From the sequence record MZ475898.1: a stretch of DNA of 64,000 bases, one strand, 5' to 3'. The position numbers were made by a program, and so were the translations under genes. Below the pieces are notes generated by a model. That model was not told the DNA's origin. It saw nothing but the letters and a program-made list of their open reading frames with translations, and did not search any database. Shown here one piece after another: positions 9,905 to 18,622 of the stretch (positions within the stretch are counted from its first letter, which is position 1; each line of letters opens with the position of its first letter).

Positions 9905-10418
9905 TGTGGTTGTGTTCGATAAGCAAAGTGAGTGGGAAGACTTCGGTAGTGCAGTCTACGAAGAATTCCGACTGAATGTAATGACGGGCAGTAGCAGCGC
10001 ATCTCAGATTCCTTCTGTTGTTGCGTCCGAGGATGTGAAGCACGTTCTCAACTATGCCAACAAAGGTCTGGACCAATCGCCTATCGTTGTGCTGGACGTT
10101 CTTATTCGTGAGATTGATCTGGCCGAAGGTGAATCGCGCAACTACGATGCAGACGGTTTGGATAGCGCTGTGCGTAAGATTGTTGACCTGTATAAAGCGC
10201 GTGCTGCTGACCTCGATTGCCACCTGACAGGTAACTTCCTGAACACCGGTCATCAGGTTGATGGTGCGTTGCTGCGTATCTATCGCAACAGCGACTGGTC
10301 ATGCAAAGGTCACCCAGAAGTTCTCGTCGGTCCTATTGGTATGTATCACTGTGACAAGTGCGGTGAACTGCAAGTGGCCGGAACATTCCACTCAGTACCG
10401 GAGCAAGCGAATGTCTGA
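9897..10418 (+). CDS. Hypothetical protein with C-terminal Cys/His zinc-ribbon-like motif
   Basis: WSCKGH...YHCDKCG. Confidence 0.7.
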   Translation: MTDVVVFDKQSEWEDFGSAVYEEFRLNVMTGSSSASQIPSVVASEDVKHVLNYANKGLDQSPIVVLDVLIREIDLAEGESRNYDADGLDSAVRKIVDLYKARAADLDCHLTGNFLNTGHQVDGALLRIYRNSDWSCKGHPEVLVGPIGMYHCDKCGELQVAGTFHSVPEQANV

Positions 10419-10881
10419 TAAAGGAGGTCTGTGGCGTGTCTTCCCTGACTATGACTCGGAAGAGATGATGATCAAACTCAACATGGCTATCGGCGTTGAC
10501 CCTGACGATGATGGCGTGCCTGATGAGTTGCATGTTACTCTGGCTTATGACGAAACTAACCCTGACGTCGAGGCAGAAGTGAATCATCCGGGTGAGTTCT
10601 TTGCGACTGTCACAGGTGTTGAGCTGTTTGGTGAAGGTCAAGATAAGATTCTGGTGCTAGTGCTCGAATCGCCTGACCTGTGTGCAGAACATGATCGCAT
10701 TCACGCATGTGGTGCTGCCAAGTTCTCTCACTCTCCGTATCGTCCCCACGTTACGCTGTTGAAGCGTGCGAAAGACAGTCAGGTTGAATATCTGAATCAG
10801 ATCATTCAGCATCCAGGGCGCCCACCAATCACTCTGCGCTTCATCGATGAAGATCGCAAGGTGTTGGACAAGCGTAGTTAA
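10411..10881 (+). CDS. acb1: 2H phosphoesterase, T4 gp57B/Acb1-like (anti-CBASS candidate)
   Basis: Two HxT motifs (LHVTLAY, YRPHVTL); LVLVLESPDLCAEH...GAAKFSHSPYRPHVTL resembles T4 57B LVLVLDSEYLRCRH...GATHDFDDYTPHITL as recalled; start ATG 10411 with GGAG. Confidence 0.8.
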   Translation: MSDKGGLWRVFPDYDSEEMMIKLNMAIGVDPDDDGVPDELHVTLAYDETNPDVEAEVNHPGEFFATVTGVELFGEGQDKILVLVLESPDLCAEHDRIHACGAAKFSHSPYRPHVTLLKRAKDSQVEYLNQIIQHPGRPPITLRFIDEDRKVLDKRS

Positions 10882-10933
10882 AAACAAGCGGTGGCCAATG
10901 TGCTGCCGCTTTTGTCATTCTGGAGGAATTTCG

Positions 10934-11257
10934 ATGGAAATGCTCGTAAGCCTTAGCCATGAGTTGCGTGTCGATGAGCAAGACGCACGCACGGCAGAAG
11001 AAGCACAGCCTCAGCAAAATCCTGATCAAGCACGCGCCCTTGAGCTGCAAGAAAAGAAACGCATCGAAGACACTTATGGTGTTGAAGCCACTGATGAAGA
11101 AATCAAACGTGGTGAAGATGCAGAAACAGAAAAGAAACAGGCAGAGGAAGAGTCTGCCAAGCCTGAGAAGGTTGAGAATCTCGGTCAGTTTAAGCCCCGT
11201 GAAGATCTGACTGCCTCACAGATACAAGATGAGCACGATAAGCCAATCAATCTGTGA
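10934..11257 (+). CDS. Hypothetical acidic, E/Q/K-rich protein
   Basis: GGAGG RBS before MEML. Confidence 0.7.
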   Translation: MEMLVSLSHELRVDEQDARTAEEAQPQQNPDQARALELQEKKRIEDTYGVEATDEEIKRGEDAETEKKQAEEESAKPEKVENLGQFKPREDLTASQIQDEHDKPINL

Positions 11258-11302
11258 AAATCTGTAAATAAGAGTCAAAGCAACTGACAGGTGTATTTGA
11301 CC

Positions 11303-12340
11303 ATGAATAACAAGTCTAACCTGACAGGCGGTCAAATCGAAAGCGTCATGGACACGATGCTTCACGACTGCCTGAGGGAGATTGTTGAGAATACGGATAT
11401 ATTCGATGTGCAGCTAACGTACCTGTTGGCTCTCATCACGTCGAACAAAAAGCGTAAGCCCTACAACGCTCAAACCCGTGACCGTGCGATCAGCCTTCTG
11501 ATTCGTGCGCTTTCAGTTCCTCGTAATCAGAAAATGATCTACATTCAGGAACTGAAAATGGAACGCAACTTTATCTATGTGTTCCTGGAAAATGTAATTA
11601 AGCGGTACTACGTTACTTATGTTGATCTCTACCGCGCATTCATTTGCACGCAAGATGAGGTCAAGCGTAAAGCGTATGCGAATCGCCTGAACGTGTATGT
11701 CAAAATGTTCGGTGCCGATTCCCGCTCCAAACTGTTTGTTGCGCTGTGCCGCTTAAACGATTTGATGCCGCAGTTCATGGAATACTTCCATAGCGTTGTC
11801 GGTGACTTCTATCGTCTGAGCAGCAAGCAAACGAAATTTTATATTGATACCAATAAAGGCAAGCTATACGACAGCAAGGACGTGCGTCAAAACTTCCTGC
11901 GCAATATCATTATTGCTATCAATAAGTATGACTCGTCGCGAGGTGCGATAGTCAGCTACGTGAAGTGGTGGATTCTGAATGCTCAAACCTGTAGCAGCTC
12001 CGAGCATGAGTACGGTATTGCTTACACGATACCTCAGACTCAGCGTAAGAAACTCGCAACAGGTGAAGACAACACTTCAATGAATTTCTCGGTTAGTCTC
12101 GATGCTCCAACGTCTGAATCTGATGAAGGGGCGGACGCGTCCTTGCATCAAAAGGTGAGTGACCATCATCACCTTGAAGATCACGTTGACAGCGAAAGAC
12201 GTACTGAAAAACTGAGGCTGCTTATTAAGCGCGTTGACCCCTATGGAGTGGCCCGACTGACTATGGACGTTGGAGAGGAGTTCGATAAATTCGAGCTGGA
12301 AAAAATGCAGCGACATATGCAGCTTCAAGGGCTAGCCTAA
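11303..12340 (+). CDS. Phage-encoded sigma70-like factor
   Basis: Region-2 signature AINKYDSSRGAIVSYVKWWILNA followed by a VSLDAP-like motif. Confidence 0.75.
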   Translation: MNNKSNLTGGQIESVMDTMLHDCLREIVENTDIFDVQLTYLLALITSNKKRKPYNAQTRDRAISLLIRALSVPRNQKMIYIQELKMERNFIYVFLENVIKRYYVTYVDLYRAFICTQDEVKRKAYANRLNVYVKMFGADSRSKLFVALCRLNDLMPQFMEYFHSVVGDFYRLSSKQTKFYIDTNKGKLYDSKDVRQNFLRNIIIAINKYDSSRGAIVSYVKWWILNAQTCSSSEHEYGIAYTIPQTQRKKLATGEDNTSMNFSVSLDAPTSESDEGADASLHQKVSDHHHLEDHVDSERRTEKLRLLIKRVDPYGVARLTMDVGEEFDKFELEKMQRHMQLQGLA

Positions 12341-12387
12341 AACTGTAAACATTGCGTAACAGCAAAACTCAATATTGAGGATATACA

Positions 12388-13638
12388 ATGGGACGTGGAT
12401 TTGGTGACATTCAGGACAACAGCAAACGCGATAGCCTTCGCGAGTCCGAAATTTTTGAAATCTTCCCTTTAGCGAAGAAAGCGAACGGCACGTGGGTATC
12501 GATTCGTCTGTTGGACCTTGACCTGCTTCCAATTAAGAAGCACTGGATTAAGATCATGGGCGGGAAAGATAAAGATAAGGAAATCAAAATCCCGCGTATG
12601 TGCGTCAGCTTCGACCCTGACAATCAGAACAAGCCGCTCAAAGGCATGAAGTGTCCGTACTGTGGTATTCAACACGGTAACGATGAGTCGGGTGCACCAG
12701 CGCAGTATGACTACAAGTGGTACGCGCAAGCAATCATCCGTGATGTGCAGGCCGGTGCTCCTCGCAAAATGCCGAGCATGACTAAGAAAGAACAAAAGTC
12801 AGGCAAGAAAGAAATGGGCAGCGAGTCTTGGACTCCTGTGCAGTGTATCGGTCTGTCGAACTCTCTGGCAAGTAAAATCCAGCAGCTGGGTGAGCGTAAC
12901 ATTCACACGGTCAAAGATAAGAAAACCGGTAAGAAGTCTAAGCAGGCGTTCCAGGTTAACCATCCGAAGTATGGCTGTGATATTGAAATCAAATACAACG
13001 CCAAGAAATCTCCGGCTGAACGTTACACCCTCGAACGTGGCGATCATACTCCACTGACGAAAGATGAACAGGCGTATCTGACCTGGGACTTCGACAACTG
13101 GAACGAAATCTACGACCTGCTGGGCCGTCTGGACGAAGATGCTGCTATGGCAGACTTCAAAAAGATGGACGTTCTCGGCGGTGAGTCTCAAGTCGATGGA
13201 GACGACGATGAAGACGAAGACGATGATGACGACATGGCGCTCGGTAAGAAAAAGAAAGGCGCCAAAGGCAAAGCGGACAAGAAAAAGCGCCGCTCAATGG
13301 ACGATGATGACGAAGACGACGACGAAGACGATGAAGATGATCGTCCGTCAAAATCTAAGAAGTCCAAGTCCAAGTCGAAGTCTCGTGCTCTGTTAGACGA
13401 CGATGAAGACGACGAAGACGATGACGATGAGCCTAAGAAGAAAAAGAAATCTTCTAAGGACAAGTCGTCCAAGTCGTCTAAAGTGAAATCCAAAAAGTCT
13501 AAGAAGTCAGATGATGACGACGAAGACGACGAAGATGATAAGCCGAAGAAGAAAAAGAAATCCTCTTCGGTGAAGTCGTCGTCTAAGAAAAAGTCTTCGA
13601 AGGACGATGAGCCTAAGAAGAAAAAGAAAAAGAAGTAA
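12388..13638 (+). CDS. Probable single-stranded DNA-binding protein (gp32-like) with a long D/E- and K/S-block tail
   Basis: Position just upstream of recA/uvsX; CPYC; aromatic-rich core; ~150-aa low-complexity charged tail. Confidence 0.6.
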   Translation: MGRGFGDIQDNSKRDSLRESEIFEIFPLAKKANGTWVSIRLLDLDLLPIKKHWIKIMGGKDKDKEIKIPRMCVSFDPDNQNKPLKGMKCPYCGIQHGNDESGAPAQYDYKWYAQAIIRDVQAGAPRKMPSMTKKEQKSGKKEMGSESWTPVQCIGLSNSLASKIQQLGERNIHTVKDKKTGKKSKQAFQVNHPKYGCDIEIKYNAKKSPAERYTLERGDHTPLTKDEQAYLTWDFDNWNEIYDLLGRLDEDAAMADFKKMDVLGGESQVDGDDDEDEDDDDDMALGKKKKGAKGKADKKKRRSMDDDDEDDDEDDEDDRPSKSKKSKSKSKSRALLDDDEDDEDDDDEPKKKKKSSKDKSSKSSKVKSKKSKKSDDDDEDDEDDKPKKKKKSSSVKSSSKKKSSKDDEPKKKKKKK

Positions 13639-13646
13639 AATGAATC

Positions 13647-13675
13647 GGGGTGGCTAGCGCCGCCCCTTTCTTTTC
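13647..13675 (+). terminator. Intrinsic terminator
   Basis: GGGGTGGC-TAGC-GCCGCCCC followed by TTTCTTTTC. Confidence 0.8.
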
Positions 13676-13697
13676 TCCACTCAGGAATTATCTCTCA

Positions 13698-16199
13698 ATG
13701 GCAAAAGAGAAGAAGGCCAAAGCAAGCAAGAAGGCGAAAGCTGTTGCTTCTGATGACATTGGCGGGACCGTAGTAGAACTGTTTAGTCTGGGTAGCTACA
13801 TGGACGACGTCCTCGATGCTATCGAAAAGAAGACGAAAGTTAGTTCTGCTGATGCTGCCCGACATGCTCCTCGTATCTCGACCGGTGTGCTTGCTCTCGA
13901 CATGTATCTGGATGGTGGTATCGTGCCTGGCGGCTGGTACACGTTCAGCGGCGGTGAGCAATCATGTAAGTCAACCATGACCATGAGTATCATGGCCTCT
14001 CTTATTCGTCTCAAGTACAGCGGCATTAGCGTTGTGTTTGACTACGAAGGTTCTACCGATGCCGACTACGTTGCTGGTCAGCTCAAAACATTCGGCGTTA
14101 AAGTCGATCCGAAAACTATCTTCGGTGTGCGTGATGAAGAAGGCGGCTGGATCATCAAGCCTACCATTCGCTACTACGCGCCTGACAACGGTGAGCGCTT
14201 CTTCGATTATATGTCGATGCTGCGTCGTCGCCTGCCTGACAAGATCGTTGAGAAAGACGGTTCAGCTTACTACCTCTTCGAGAACACCAAAGAGAACTCG
14301 AAGAAGCTGGCAGGCAAGTACGATAAGAAGTGGTTCAGTCGTAACAACCAGTTCAAAGTTCCTGCGCCAGATGGCCACATGCAGGCTGCTGTTATCGTTG
14401 ACTCCTATCCGGCAATGCTGCCTGATCAGGTCGATGACGACGACGGTTCAAAAGCAATGGCTCTGCAAGCGCGTATGTTCTCCGATGGCATCAAACGTTT
14501 CCGTGGCGGTATGCGCCGTAAGATGATGACTATCGTGGGCGTTAACCAGTTGCGCCAGAAGCCTGCTGTAATGTTCGGCAGCCCTGAATATGAGCCGGGC
14601 GGGGACGCTCTCAAGTTCTATTGCTTCGCTGATGACACGCGCATTCGTACCGACCACGGTGTGTTGACTGCGCCTAAGATTAAAGCGTTGCTGGACGAAG
14701 GCAAAGAAGTTTGCGTTGAATCGTTCGAAGGCTTCCAGAAGATTAACGGTGCGTGGAAAGTTGAAGACGCTCCTTATCCGATTGAAGTCAATGCTGGTGG
14801 GCATGTGTATATCGGCAGTGCTGAGCATCGCCAGTTCACCTTCATGCATGACACAACCGCAGAAGGTATGCGTGTACTTCGTCCTGAGTGGAACACGCTT
14901 AGCCAGCTGGCGCAGTACCCTTCTGCGGAAGGTCAGTATGCTGCGATTCGTCTTGCGTCTGTCGAAGAACTCAAGCAGAACACGCCTGATCAATTCGATG
15001 CATCAAGCAAGAACATCGAGCTGGTGTTGTCTAACTGCGGTCCTGAGAAGCGTGATATTAATATCCTCTCTCATGACGGTACAACGTACACGATGCCTGC
15101 TGTGCTGATCGATGCCGTTGGTCCTTACGATCACGTTGAAGACTTCGCGCATTACATTCAGGACTTCCTGAACATCGGTATCTATGCGTATGCAGACAAC
15201 TCCGGTATCTGGATTCCTGGTCTGGTCGAAGCTGACCTGCACAACGCTATTGCACGCGATGCAGACTCTGGTTATCAGGGTGTTGACTTCTACGCTACCT
15301 CACGTCAGATCAGCTACCAGATGATGGCAGTTATCTCTGACGTGTTCCCAGAGCTGACCCGCTTCGTTCTGGACTTCAACGCTAATCACGCGGAAGAGCA
15401 GGAAGAGCAAGTTTATCTGGCGCCTGGCTTTGACATAGCCGAAGCTATGGACGGCATTCTGCACAAAGAGATCAGCGGCTACGACGACCAGTACGATCTG
15501 CTGATGCAGCAACTGGCCTATGTCGAAGACTGGTTCAGTGTTGATGACCGTCTGCTGCCTGTACCGTTTACGCTACGTGCGCTTGACAAGCAAGTTGAGT
15601 TCTGGGATGTTAACGTCGATGAAACTTCCGTCGTTATTACCAACAACTTCGTTAGTCATAACAGTGACGTTCGCGTTCGTCTGGCTTCTCGTGCTGTGCC
15701 TGAAGGCTGGCCGAAACTTAAAGACGCGCCTGGCGTTGTCGGTGAGAAGTCTGTTTCTGTTGAAGGCGGTACTGACCGCTATCGCTTCATTGCAGCCAAG
15801 ACCATCAAGAACAAGATGGGCGGTATCCCGAACCAGCAGACGTGGTTACGCCTGTGGGAAGCTGACGGTAATGGTGAAGCACGCGGCTTTGACCCAGTGT
15901 TCGATACATGGCACTACGTCAAAACTCTCGGCCTCGTCAACGGCACGCGCAAGTCGTTCAAACTGAAAGCGCCATGCCCTGTAGCATCCGAAGTTAAGAT
16001 GGATTGGGATGACTTCCGTACGCTGATCAACGGTAACAAAGAACAGATTGTTAGCGTGTGCAAAAAGCTGAAAGTCAAACCTGTATCTCTGCGTCTGTGG
16101 GCGTTCAAGTTCGTGCAGTCTCAGAAAGGCAAAGATATGTTGAAAGCGTCGATCAGTAAGTCCGTTAAGAACGTTAACGACGACGAAGACGACGATTAA
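13698..16199 (+). CDS. recA: RecA/UvsX recombinase interrupted by an intein
   Basis: ISTGVLALDMYLDGGIVPG, Walker A variant GGEQSCKST, Walker B VIVDS, VNQLRQK, MFGSPEYEPGGDALKFY...SDVRVRL, KTIKNK; AGGA RBS at MAKEK. Confidence 0.92.
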   Translation: MAKEKKAKASKKAKAVASDDIGGTVVELFSLGSYMDDVLDAIEKKTKVSSADAARHAPRISTGVLALDMYLDGGIVPGGWYTFSGGEQSCKSTMTMSIMASLIRLKYSGISVVFDYEGSTDADYVAGQLKTFGVKVDPKTIFGVRDEEGGWIIKPTIRYYAPDNGERFFDYMSMLRRRLPDKIVEKDGSAYYLFENTKENSKKLAGKYDKKWFSRNNQFKVPAPDGHMQAAVIVDSYPAMLPDQVDDDDGSKAMALQARMFSDGIKRFRGGMRRKMMTIVGVNQLRQKPAVMFGSPEYEPGGDALKFYCFADDTRIRTDHGVLTAPKIKALLDEGKEVCVESFEGFQKINGAWKVEDAPYPIEVNAGGHVYIGSAEHRQFTFMHDTTAEGMRVLRPEWNTLSQLAQYPSAEGQYAAIRLASVEELKQNTPDQFDASSKNIELVLSNCGPEKRDINILSHDGTTYTMPAVLIDAVGPYDHVEDFAHYIQDFLNIGIYAYADNSGIWIPGLVEADLHNAIARDADSGYQGVDFYATSRQISYQMMAVISDVFPELTRFVLDFNANHAEEQEEQVYLAPGFDIAEAMDGILHKEISGYDDQYDLLMQQLAYVEDWFSVDDRLLPVPFTLRALDKQVEFWDVNVDETSVVITNNFVSHNSDVRVRLASRAVPEGWPKLKDAPGVVGEKSVSVEGGTDRYRFIAAKTIKNKMGGIPNQQTWLRLWEADGNGEARGFDPVFDTWHYVKTLGLVNGTRKSFKLKAPCPVASEVKMDWDDFRTLINGNKEQIVSVCKKLKVKPVSLRLWAFKFVQSQKGKDMLKASISKSVKNVNDDEDDD
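14622..15662 (+). mobile_element. Intein (347 aa) with a degenerate LAGLIDADG-like core
   Basis: Begins CFADDTRIRTDHG, block B SAEH, ends VSHN followed by +1 Ser; removing it restores ALKFY|SDVRVRL. Confidence 0.92.
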
Positions 16200-16243
16200 T
16201 TAACTCGCGGTCCTTCGGGGCCGCCCTCTATCTGGAGAAAGAA

Positions 16244-16627
16244 ATGCGTACTCTGATTCATACCGCAGACGTAACCAATCTGTCTGTGCTGGAACTGGAA
16301 GAAGGCTCGGTAGCAAAGCCTGTTACTCCAAATCTGATTTCTGATCTCAAAGAGTTGCTGTCACGCGAAGACCTGAGTCAGAACATTCGCCACGTTGTAT
16401 TCATCTCTGCTGATCAGGTCGGTGTGTTTACCGAACCTGAGATGATCAACTACTTCGATCCAATCGAACAGGTGTCTGAAATCAACGCAGGCAATATCGG
16501 TACTGTGCTGGCTATGCAGGTTATTCGTGTCGATGACAAGACTAATCTGATCGCAGTGGCTGGTGTCACTGATGTGGAAGAAGGCGTTACTATCAACGAG
16601 TTCAACGCATCGCCTGTAAATCTGTAA
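16244..16627 (+). CDS. Hypothetical protein
   Basis: GGAG RBS. Confidence 0.75.
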   Translation: MRTLIHTADVTNLSVLELEEGSVAKPVTPNLISDLKELLSREDLSQNIRHVVFISADQVGVFTEPEMINYFDPIEQVSEINAGNIGTVLAMQVIRVDDKTNLIAVAGVTDVEEGVTINEFNASPVNL

Positions 16628-16697
16628 ATAAAACAAGTGAGGGCAATCGTGTCCTCACTTAACTCACTCTGATAGGGCATTGACCCAGGAGATAAAC

Positions 16698-17420
16698 ATG
16701 ACAATCAAATTTGTCGAAGTACCGAACATTAGTATGTTCGAGGGTCTGGTGCATGGCGCCAACCGACACGCACAAAACACCAACATCGGCGGCAAGGCGC
16801 GTTATGCATTCTACGTGGATGTGACAGAAGCTGCGGCAGAAGCTGCACTGTATTCAATGTTGCGCAAGAAGGCACACGCAGATGTTAGAGCTGTGGGCTA
16901 CTCTGTTTCTCATACTGTTCGAGGTATGACTCAACCCAAAGAGATTCCTGTTTTCTTGTCGGACAATTTGTCGCACATATCATTGGATTCTTTGAAACAA
17001 AATTTATGTGAGTTGCTTCGTGCGCTGTGTCGTTCAGCCGCCAGCTCGGATAGCAATATCATTCTGTATTACCAAAAGGACATGGCTTTCATCAAAAGCA
17101 AAATGTTCGATTGGGTTCTTGAAGGCAAGTTAAGCAGGCCTTCAAAAGTAAACAGCGAACTATATGTTCGTTCCTCAAACATTGATCTTAACGTCCTTCT
17201 TAACATCGTTAGAGATCACGATTATATCGGACACTTTGCATCTAACATACCACAAGAGATTACAATAGGCTCTGATGCGAGTGCCATAGATGCAGTCAAG
17301 TTATGTGACACAGCCGACGTACTGGCTGCTCAAGGTCGCAAAGTGCATCTGTGCAATGACATTTACCGCAAAGCGTTGTCTATCTCCTTTGCCGACGGTA
17401 TTCCGCGTAATCAACTGTAA
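16698..17420 (+). CDS. Hypothetical protein
   Basis: AGGAG RBS before MTIKF. Confidence 0.7.
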   Translation: MTIKFVEVPNISMFEGLVHGANRHAQNTNIGGKARYAFYVDVTEAAAEAALYSMLRKKAHADVRAVGYSVSHTVRGMTQPKEIPVFLSDNLSHISLDSLKQNLCELLRALCRSAASSDSNIILYYQKDMAFIKSKMFDWVLEGKLSRPSKVNSELYVRSSNIDLNVLLNIVRDHDYIGHFASNIPQEITIGSDASAIDAVKLCDTADVLAAQGRKVHLCNDIYRKALSISFADGIPRNQL

Positions 17421-17465
17421 ACCAAACACATTGCTGTGTGTAGTCTTTGGCCAAACTTAGGCTCG

Positions 17466-17495
17466 GGAGTCCAGGACGGGCTCCCATTTTTATTT
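17466..17495 (+). terminator. Intrinsic terminator
   Basis: GGGAGTCC...GGGCTCCC followed by ATTTTTATTT. Confidence 0.75.
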
Positions 17496-17508
17496 CGGAG
17501 ACAGAACA

Positions 17509-18573
17509 GTGACTGACATTAGAAGCAAAACAGCCTACGAATATCTGCACGACACGTATCTTGAAAACAATTTCTTTGTTGGCGTTCCTCGATCTAAACT
17601 CACTGCAAAGTTTCAAGAGTACCTGAAGACAACTAACGGTAGGCTGCATCGTCATGGTCTTCCTCTCGCTGACTTTATGACGTGGGCCAACATGCGTCCT
17701 GAGATCAAAAAGGGCGAACAGCAATTTGATGCCGTCATGAGACTGCACAAACTTTCTTTTGATGCAGCCGCCGTGTACACACAATTCGTATGGTCGTTTA
17801 CCAAAGGTGTGTTCAAGATCGATCAAGAGATATGGAAACATCTCGCAGAAGGTGAGCCACCCAAGATACTGCCTTCTGATACGCTCAAGAGACTGCCTAA
17901 CTGGTCACAGTGGTTAGATACATCGCTGAGAATGGTTCGCCACGATAGCGCCAGTGACACGCTATTTGCTTTGACCACTGAGGGCTTCTGGTCAACGTAT
18001 CTGTGCTACGATCATCAAAACAGAACGCACATGTTCCTCGTAGCGCCTACCGTTATGCAGATAGGCAAAGATAGTTTCATCGCAACCACTCTGGTTATGT
18101 TTGACATAACAAAAGACCATGAGATGGAAGACAACATGGATTGGCAAATCACCGCCACATCAACTGACGGTCAAACTTCCGTACGCTTTACTAAAGAGCA
18201 TGAAACGTACGGCAAGATACTTGACGGTTTGGTTAGTGCTTGGATTGACTCTGCTGTCAATGCATTGTTGTTTGTCGCTTCATCCGTTGATAACGTTTAT
18301 AAAGGAGGTGTAAAGGGCATCGTCCCACGCAAACAAGGTAAGACGTTCAAAGTTCTACCGATACGTGACGTGCGTGTATGGCATGTAGGTTCAGAGTTGC
18401 TTAACGAGATACGCCAGTATGAATCTGATGTAGCCTCAGAGAGTTCTCAGAATCGTCGTGCTCACATTCGTCGTGGTCATTATCATAACTACTGGTATGG
18501 CCCACGTGATGGTGAACGTGTTCTAAAAGCCAAATGGCTTCCACCGTGTGTCGTTCGAGGCACCGCAGAGTAA
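17509..18573 (+). CDS. AcrVA2/FinQ-family protein
   Basis: WSFTKGVFKIDQEI, LPNWSQWLD, GFWSTY, VWHVGSELLNEIRQYES and RRAHIRRGHYHNYWYG match AcrVA2 blocks as recalled; GTG start with GGAG. Confidence 0.75.
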   Translation: MTDIRSKTAYEYLHDTYLENNFFVGVPRSKLTAKFQEYLKTTNGRLHRHGLPLADFMTWANMRPEIKKGEQQFDAVMRLHKLSFDAAAVYTQFVWSFTKGVFKIDQEIWKHLAEGEPPKILPSDTLKRLPNWSQWLDTSLRMVRHDSASDTLFALTTEGFWSTYLCYDHQNRTHMFLVAPTVMQIGKDSFIATTLVMFDITKDHEMEDNMDWQITATSTDGQTSVRFTKEHETYGKILDGLVSAWIDSAVNALLFVASSVDNVYKGGVKGIVPRKQGKTFKVLPIRDVRVWHVGSELLNEIRQYESDVASESSQNRRAHIRRGHYHNYWYGPRDGERVLKAKWLPPCVVRGTAE

Positions 18574-18622
18574 TCACAATCAACCTTATCTTCCACAAAG
18601 GCGTTTAGCCTAGGAGAATCTT

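Noticed and set aside
10258-10410. Longer N-terminal extensions in the ORF track (for example 10258, 6445, 13650, 19535, 31624, 37142, 46626)
   Set aside because: They overlap upstream genes; downstream ATGs have clear SD sequences and were used instead.
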